Below, one piece after another: positions 58,376-64,000 of a DNA stretch of 64,000 bases. Below the pieces are notes generated by a model. The model ran no database searches, had not been told where the DNA came from, and was given only the letters and a program-made list of their open reading frames with translations. Source of the DNA: a virus (Duplodnaviria; Caudoviricetes); IMG/VR virus record IMGVR_UViG_3300018430_000021, positions 128,001-192,000 of that record. The stretch is one strand, 5' to 3'. Both the position numbers and the translations under genes were made by a program. Position 1 is the stretch's first letter. Each line of letters opens with the position of its first letter.

Positions 58376-59038
58376 TTATACCTCAGTAGACGCAGTATAG
58401 AAGAAATCTTCATCTGTTGCGTAAGTAATAGCATCAGCAGAATCTAGCATATCTTCATATTTCTTTAGTCGTTCTTCTGTTAAGAATGCGTCAGGTTCTA
58501 TATTCTTCAAAACCATTTTTGCTTCTCTGAACGAACCTGTCTGAACCAATGAAATTACTGTCAATAACTTCTGTGCAATTTCAAGCGGAGTTACTGTTTC
58601 GAAATCTGTAAAGATACATTCTTCTCTAAATAGTGAAATGAAGTCGTTACCTACAGAAATATTGTAATTAACTTCGCCTGCAACTCCGTCTATTGCATTT
58701 ATACGGTCAACGTTCTGATTAAGTTCTCGTTTAAATCTATCTAAAGAAACCAGTGCTCTTTCTTCTTCAGGTTTAGAAACTTCGATGAAATCATAAACTT
58801 TATGATTTTCGTAATCTTCTATAATAGATGGTGCTTCTTTAGTCCACCAATCTTTATTCATATAAACTACTTTACCATCTACTTCTACAATTCTGCTTAC
58901 GTATTTCATTCCAATTTCCTCAGTGAAGACACAATCATCTTCTAATATTCCTTCTTTGTTTAACATCTCTTTGGCAAATTTCATATTATCAAATCTGCCA
59001 ATGAATTTAAAGTTTTCTTTATTTAGAACATAAATCAT
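58376..59038 (-). CDS. Hypothetical protein in the tail-fibre operon (possible fibre chaperone)
   Basis: 220-aa ORF immediately downstream of the two fibre genes. Confidence 0.5.
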   Translation of the reverse strand: MIYVLNKENFKFIGRFDNMKFAKEMLNKEGILEDDCVFTEEIGMKYVSRIVEVDGKVVYMNKDWWTKEAPSIIEDYENHKVYDFIEVSKPEEERALVSLDRFKRELNQNVDRINAIDGVAGEVNYNISVGNDFISLFREECIFTDFETVTPLEIAQKLLTVISLVQTGSFREAKMVLKNIEPDAFLTEERLKKYEDMLDSADAITYATDEDFFYTASTEV

Positions 59039-59040
59039 AA

Positions 59041-60696
59041 TTAAGACTCCATCAAAATTTCGTGCTTGTGCGTAGTGTTGACTGTAAGACCACTAAGATC
59101 GGTAGAATCTAAATAGTCATAATAAGTCGAAATGTTATTGTTGGTAAGTTCTGTCAACTTAGCTTTCATATTGTTAGTTTCATCAACTATATAATCGGAG
59201 GTATTTAGTTTTGTCATTAAGTAGTCGTCTTCAGACACACTTGTGACTTTCCAGATACCCTGATCTGCATAATGGCTACTGTACTTACCATAGTTAAAAC
59301 TGTTAAGAACTAAATACACATCGTCCATAGCTACAGATCCAACGGCTGGCGCACTGCTTATTGCCGCAGTTATACTTATAACATTTCTACAACTATAAAA
59401 CTTATTCTGTTCAAATTTATTATCAAAACTATTTCCAGTGAATTTGAAAATTTGTGCAGGATCACTACAAGAAAGAATTGTCGAATAGTCATTTGTTTTA
59501 GTAACAGTTACTGAAGCTCCACTCTTTACATAGCTCTTATTTCCTAGACTCATAGCGCCAGCCTGGCCGTTGTAAGTACCAATAGCACCATCAGCCATAG
59601 TCAGTAATTCACAATCATCATCAGTAGTTCCAGTGTATGTGAATACCTGTTTACACTTATAAACCTGCTTTGAGGAGAAGCAGTTAGAAGGTCCAGTATA
59701 TCTTGCGTAGTGATTAACAGCAGATACTGTAAGCATCGCTGCTTCTGTGTTCTTTTCTCCTTCATATGTAAGTGAACTGATATTATAGGTCGAACCTGGT
59801 GCATTTATGTTTCCAGTTACGAAACCGACTATACCTAGGATTCCTCCATTCCTATAGTAATAGTGATTGTCATTGTTAGAAGCATGCTTTATCTTGATGT
59901 AGTATTTGTTTCCACGCTTTAGAGAGAAAGTACCTGTACTTAATGCAGTAAGATCAACGGTGACATAGTTATAGGTCACCCCGCCATGTTCTTGCGTTGT
60001 CACGGAAGGAGTGTACCAGTTTGAATCATATTTGTAAACTAGCAAACCGCTTTCATGAAATACATAGATTGAAGTAGCACCTGCTCCAGTATATGTGGTT
60101 GCGACCTTAATGGTCTTAATCTCTATAGGTGTGTTTGACGTATTTTGACTAACTATAATCCAAATATCATTAGTAGAAGTATCTTCAGTTAATGTGTATG
60201 GAACTACTACATTATTCTGACATGCTATAGAACCGGAACTTGGGAATGCGCCACCAGCTTTAGATGTAATCTCGCTTGCGTCTATATGATACTCGCCCTT
60301 AGTATTATCATATCTTGAATCAGCGATATGTTCTTCATTCTTACATGCATTTATTAGTTCTGCGATAGAAAATTCTGTTCCATCAGCAATTATAGTGCTA
60401 TAAGGTATGTTATGAACGAACAAACGATAGGCTGGCAGAACATCGTTTACGATATATGCCCAGCCCTTTAAGTGATCTAAACTGCTCGTTACGTCCTTAC
60501 CGTCCTTCATTACCTGAACAGTAAATTTTTGTGTAGTATCATCACCAGTAATTATTATAGAGCAAGTAGCATTATAAGGAACATATCCTTCTTTTTCCCA
60601 AATGAGTGTATTTCCGAAATATATCTTGGCAACTGGAATGTTGCCGAAATACATTTCAGGAATCTGTTTATTGCCAAATAAGAACTTATCAAACAT
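59041..60696 (-). CDS. Putative distal tail-fibre / receptor-binding protein
   Basis: N-terminal FGNKQIPEMYFGNIPVAKIYFGNTLIW attachment-type motif, Thr/Ser/Tyr-rich beta content; follows the collagen fibre gene. Confidence 0.55.
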   Translation of the reverse strand: MFDKFLFGNKQIPEMYFGNIPVAKIYFGNTLIWEKEGYVPYNATCSIIITGDDTTQKFTVQVMKDGKDVTSSLDHLKGWAYIVNDVLPAYRLFVHNIPYSTIIADGTEFSIAELINACKNEEHIADSRYDNTKGEYHIDASEITSKAGGAFPSSGSIACQNNVVVPYTLTEDTSTNDIWIIVSQNTSNTPIEIKTIKVATTYTGAGATSIYVFHESGLLVYKYDSNWYTPSVTTQEHGGVTYNYVTVDLTALSTGTFSLKRGNKYYIKIKHASNNDNHYYYRNGGILGIVGFVTGNINAPGSTYNISSLTYEGEKNTEAAMLTVSAVNHYARYTGPSNCFSSKQVYKCKQVFTYTGTTDDDCELLTMADGAIGTYNGQAGAMSLGNKSYVKSGASVTVTKTNDYSTILSCSDPAQIFKFTGNSFDNKFEQNKFYSCRNVISITAAISSAPAVGSVAMDDVYLVLNSFNYGKYSSHYADQGIWKVTSVSEDDYLMTKLNTSDYIVDETNNMKAKLTELTNNNISTYYDYLDSTDLSGLTVNTTHKHEILMES

Positions 60697-60699
60697 TCA

Positions 60700-62499
60700 C
60701 TAACTCTCTAATATAATGTGCAATATTCCATCATCAGTTAGACCAGCGGTAGTATTAGCAGTTACGGCAGGAATTAAGTATGCTGTAGTTCCACCGTGTT
60801 GAACTTGAACTAATTGGTCATTAGTTGCATTTGGACTAATGTTGACTTGTGTAGTGTGATTGTTCGCATCGTCTACCTTCAATGCTAACGGTCCGTTGCT
60901 ACCTAGACCGACGCGTCCATGCCCAGCAATACCTTCTCTAATAAGTTTTAAGAACTGTGAGTCAAAGTTCGCGCTAGTAGCACTTACTATGAGTTGACCT
61001 GATACTGTTCCACCAGAAGTCGGCAGATAACTACCAGATAATCCAACTTCATATCTTTCATTAGTTGTATCTTTCTTAGCGGAAATACCATTATTTCCAA
61101 TTATATCATAATCCGTTCCACCGCCACCTTCTGAAATTTCGGTCCAACCAGTACCAGGTTGATAACCGTACTTCTTATTAGAATCCGGATTGTTTATTTT
61201 TAAATCTAATGGACTCTGAGATGTACCGTCACCAGAGAACGCAGTTGTATTTACAGTTACGTTTGCAATATAATGTTGGTTTTCGATCCATGTATGTGTA
61301 GCTAAAACATCGGTATTTACACCATATGGATCATTGGATTTACCAGTACCAGATATGGTAGTATTATCAAATACATCACTACTTCCATGACCATCTTGAC
61401 CATCCATTACATCAAAATTGGCTAATGGGTTTGTATCTGGATTTGCTGCACTGGTATAGAAAATTTTGACATTATGACCATTTGTAATTTCTGTAGATTT
61501 TGCAGAAATCGGACATGCGTCAGCACCATTAGTACCATCTGTACCATCTGTACCATCTGTACCATCTTTACCATCTTTACCTTCTGCAACAATTCCGGTA
61601 TCGTCTGCACCAATATACCAATGTTTATTTGTTGAATTTATGTATGGAGTTTCACCTTGTTCGCCACGGAAATTACCTAAATTAGTCCAATCTGATGTAG
61701 CATCTGAATATTTCCAATATAAATTATAACTATTGGCAGATAATACAGGTGTTTTACCGCTAGGACCAGTTGGACCATCTTCGCCCTTCGGACCTTTGAT
61801 ATTTGTAGTAGTAGGAGCAGTTGTTGTCGGATTCCATTCCCATGCGATATTACCGGCAGCATCGACAGTCGGGTACCAGGCCATATTATAAGAAGTTCCA
61901 CCACCACCGCCGCCAGCAGCACTGAAAGAATAGATTATTTTATCATCTTGTTCGTCTTTGTGTACTGTAACTGTAGTAGAATCAACGAATTCAAGTTCTT
62001 TTTGGTTTCCACCGATAACGGTATATGGACTATCACTAGTACCATTACCTGAAATAGTATTTGCATCTACATAGATTTTATCTTGCTTATTATTCTGAAG
62101 ATTACTGATAGCTTCGGATTCACTTGCAACTGCGGCCGATAGAGTATTAAAATTATTGCCTAGTGTTTCAATAGATTCGCCGTGAGCAGAAACAGCATCT
62201 GACATTTCAGTTACAGTTGTCTGTATAGCTTCAACATCATCTTGTGCTTCATTTGCGGCGGAAATTGCATTAGTGGCCTGGGTCTTTGCGGCATCGGCTA
62301 CATTGCTAATATTGTTGATAGTTTCATTATAACCGTCAACAGTATTCTTAACCTGGTCGATTGCTGTAGCAAGTGCAAGGTCCTTTTGATGGGTTAGTTC
62401 CAAAAAATTCTGATTTAATGCATTACCATCGGCTACAGTGGATTTCGACCATGGAGCCGGTTTCATATTCTTGATTGTATCGTATGTAGTATTGGCCAT
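60700..62499 (-). CDS. Tail fibre protein with coiled coil and collagen-like repeats
   Basis: Coiled-coil N-half, GPKGEDGPTG, GEQGETPYI...HWYIG..DTG, GKDGKDGTDGTDGTDG and repeated ISGxGxxxxP fibre motifs. Confidence 0.75.
   Translation of the reverse strand: MANTTYDTIKNMKPAPWSKSTVADGNALNQNFLELTHQKDLALATAIDQVKNTVDGYNETINNISNVADAAKTQATNAISAANEAQDDVEAIQTTVTEMSDAVSAHGESIETLGNNFNTLSAAVASESEAISNLQNNKQDKIYVDANTISGNGTSDSPYTVIGGNQKELEFVDSTTVTVHKDEQDDKIIYSFSAAGGGGGGTSYNMAWYPTVDAAGNIAWEWNPTTTAPTTTNIKGPKGEDGPTGPSGKTPVLSANSYNLYWKYSDATSDWTNLGNFRGEQGETPYINSTNKHWYIGADDTGIVAEGKDGKDGTDGTDGTDGTNGADACPISAKSTEITNGHNVKIFYTSAANPDTNPLANFDVMDGQDGHGSSDVFDNTTISGTGKSNDPYGVNTDVLATHTWIENQHYIANVTVNTTAFSGDGTSQSPLDLKINNPDSNKKYGYQPGTGWTEISEGGGGTDYDIIGNNGISAKKDTTNERYEVGLSGSYLPTSGGTVSGQLIVSATSANFDSQFLKLIREGIAGHGRVGLGSNGPLALKVDDANNHTTQVNISPNATNDQLVQVQHGGTTAYLIPAVTANTTAGLTDDGILHIILES
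61531..61582. repeat. 9-bp coding tandem repeat (Gly-X-Asp collagen triplets)
   Basis: gtaccatct x4 followed by ttaccatct. Confidence 0.8.
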
Positions 62500-62522
62500 A
62501 TTATATACCCTATTCTTCTTAT

Positions 62523-62534
62523 TATTTATAAATA
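62523..62534. promoter_or_regulatory. Palindromic bidirectional late promoter TATTTATAAATA
   Basis: Between divergent genes starting at 62499 (minus) and 62561 (plus). Confidence 0.8.
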
Positions 62535-62560
62535 TAGAAGTTAGGAAGTTTTGAGGTATT

Positions 62561-64000
62561 ATGTTATACGGTAATGGATTAAACTTTGATTTTATTAGTG
62601 AATCACCATGTTTAGTTGCTGATTATGATGAAGTTAGTGGGTATTATAATACAATACGTACACATTATTTAGAAAATCAAGACGATAAGTGGCAGGATTT
62701 TGGCTATGATTCTGAAGTTCAAATTACACGAAATAGCAGTTCAATGACAGTAATGTCTCAAAATTTACAAGTTAATGATATAGTAGTATACCCAACCTGG
62801 TCATATACCATTACCGCAGTAACCGTACATGAGGGCTGTGATACCGCTGATTATTTCTGGAAACATGATAATATTGTACGTAATGGTACTAGAATAACCG
62901 CTAAGATGGGAGATCTTTTACCTGGTGATAAAAAAGTATCAGATGATAATTCTTATATTCAATATCATGCGATAGATAAGCGCGTTGAATTAAAAGCACA
63001 ACTTATGAATATATTGTGTTCTAATTCTGGTTTTCATTATCCCGAAAACACAACAGATGCATTATTTGTTGCTAGAACTGTTCAATATGATAATGCAAGT
63101 GCAAGAAATGAACATATATATTCTATTGGTTCTTTACTTACACGGGTAATTGATGGAGAATATGATAATACGTCAAAAGTACCAATAAGTACATATGCAG
63201 GTCCTTGGGGAATTGATAATTATAATGTACCATTTTATAGATTGTATCAATGTACAAATTGGTGGGAATTTGCTAAAACACCAATAGATATATCTACTAT
63301 TCCATCAGCACATTTAGACGCAATAAATAGTGATTATGGTGGTTATGGAACAGTTTCAATAACTGCTTATATAAATCGTGCAGAAAAGCAAGTAATTCCA
63401 AATAAGAATATTAATATTAATTATTTTAGTACGACAAAACCATTGGATTTTAAAGTAACAAATCCGAACGGCATGCCAGATCAAATGGGCGGAGCTATAT
63501 TATTTTCTGCAAATGATACTTTTGATTCTAATAAACTTGTAGGTATAGGTTTTAAAGGTCTTCGCTCATATAATATTAATGATAATGATGATATTTCTTT
63601 TAAACTTTATCGATTTACAAATGAGTATTTTAAAAGTATTGGAAATAATTTTTATACATTTAATGATCCTAAAATGATTTGTGTAAAAGGTATGGATAAT
63701 AGTGATGGTCCATATGCTTTTGGATATGCTGGCCCATTTTTTGTTACTGCGGAAATGGAAGCCGGTTCTTATACAGATACAAATAAAAATAAAGATGAAA
63801 AAATAAAAATTACTAAATCAGATTATATAAGAGATCCATATTTATTTACCAGTATATCGTATCTATCAACTGGCTTTGATGCTGTACCTACATCTGGTAA
63901 ACCAGAAACATGGTTTTCTTGTAGTGATTTTTCAGCAGATTGTCATTTAAAGACATGGACAGATTCAAGTAATGGTATAACATATTTTGATTGTGTTCCT
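62561..64000 (+). CDS. Large late protein, 3'-truncated by the window edge (missing from the ORF track)
   Basis: GAGG SD, ATG 62561 (MLYGNGLNFDFISESPCLV...), frame open to the end of the window. Confidence 0.7.
   Translation, partial: MLYGNGLNFDFISESPCLVADYDEVSGYYNTIRTHYLENQDDKWQDFGYDSEVQITRNSSSMTVMSQNLQVNDIVVYPTWSYTITAVTVHEGCDTADYFWKHDNIVRNGTRITAKMGDLLPGDKKVSDDNSYIQYHAIDKRVELKAQLMNILCSNSGFHYPENTTDALFVARTVQYDNASARNEHIYSIGSLLTRVIDGEYDNTSKVPISTYAGPWGIDNYNVPFYRLYQCTNWWEFAKTPIDISTIPSAHLDAINSDYGGYGTVSITAYINRAEKQVIPNKNININYFSTTKPLDFKVTNPNGMPDQMGGAILFSANDTFDSNKLVGIGFKGLRSYNINDNDDISFKLYRFTNEYFKSIGNNFYTFNDPKMICVKGMDNSDGPYAFGYAGPFFVTAEMEAGSYTDTNKNKDEKIKITKSDYIRDPYLFTSISYLSTGFDAVPTSGKPETWFSCSDFSADCHLKTWTDSSNGITYFDCVP

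Noticed and set aside
62600-62950. Possible Hint domain or missing IntC in the terminal ORF (CLVAD..., NLQVNDIV, DLLPGD)
   Set aside because: No TxxH block B, no HN-C/S junction and no terminase nuclease sequence follows; the resemblance is too weak to call
1-64000. Stop-codon reassignment as seen in some gut jumbo phages
   Set aside because: Genes are full length in code 11, and TAG/TGA terminate real genes (e.g. 2986, 45672, 49756, 54012)
1-64000. tRNA, rRNA or structured ncRNA genes
   Set aside because: Intergenic gaps are short and accounted for by promoters and terminators; no cloverleaf recognised by eye (tRNAscan/Infernal not run)

Overview
This 64 kb window (AT-rich, standard genetic code) is part of a large T4-related myovirus genome. 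It carries most of the virion module: portal, prohead protease, scaffold, major capsid, terminase ATPase half, sheath, tube, gp15, two gp6-like wedges, gp5/gp7/gp25/gp53/gp27/gp48/gp54-like baseplate proteins and tail fibres. It also has a non-structural block with a glycosyltransferase-like gene, uvsW, sufE, nrdD, a SemiSWEET/PQ-loop gene and nrdG. The anaerobic RNR suggests an anaerobic host. Main findings: (1) The large terminase ORF stops after the ATPase domain and ends in a 36-aa N-intein (QEYA|CLDPNEEITV...), i.e. an atypically split intein whose IntC-nuclease partner gene is not in this window. (2) About 30 T4-type late promoters (TATAAATA) precede nearly every transcription unit. Ten sit exactly 4 nt before an ATG with no Shine-Dalgarno, implying leaderless late mRNAs, and two 20-bp intergenic gaps use one palindrome (TATTTATAAATA) to serve two divergent leaderless genes. 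(3) The T4 gene order is scrambled into small promoter/terminator-insulated units on both strands. (4) A sufE-nrdD-SemiSWEET-nrdG cluster is present. (5) A tube-family protein carries two Cpl-7 (CW_7)-like repeats, and a giant late protein has DnaJ-type zinc fingers. All family calls come from motif recognition by eye; no database searches were run.
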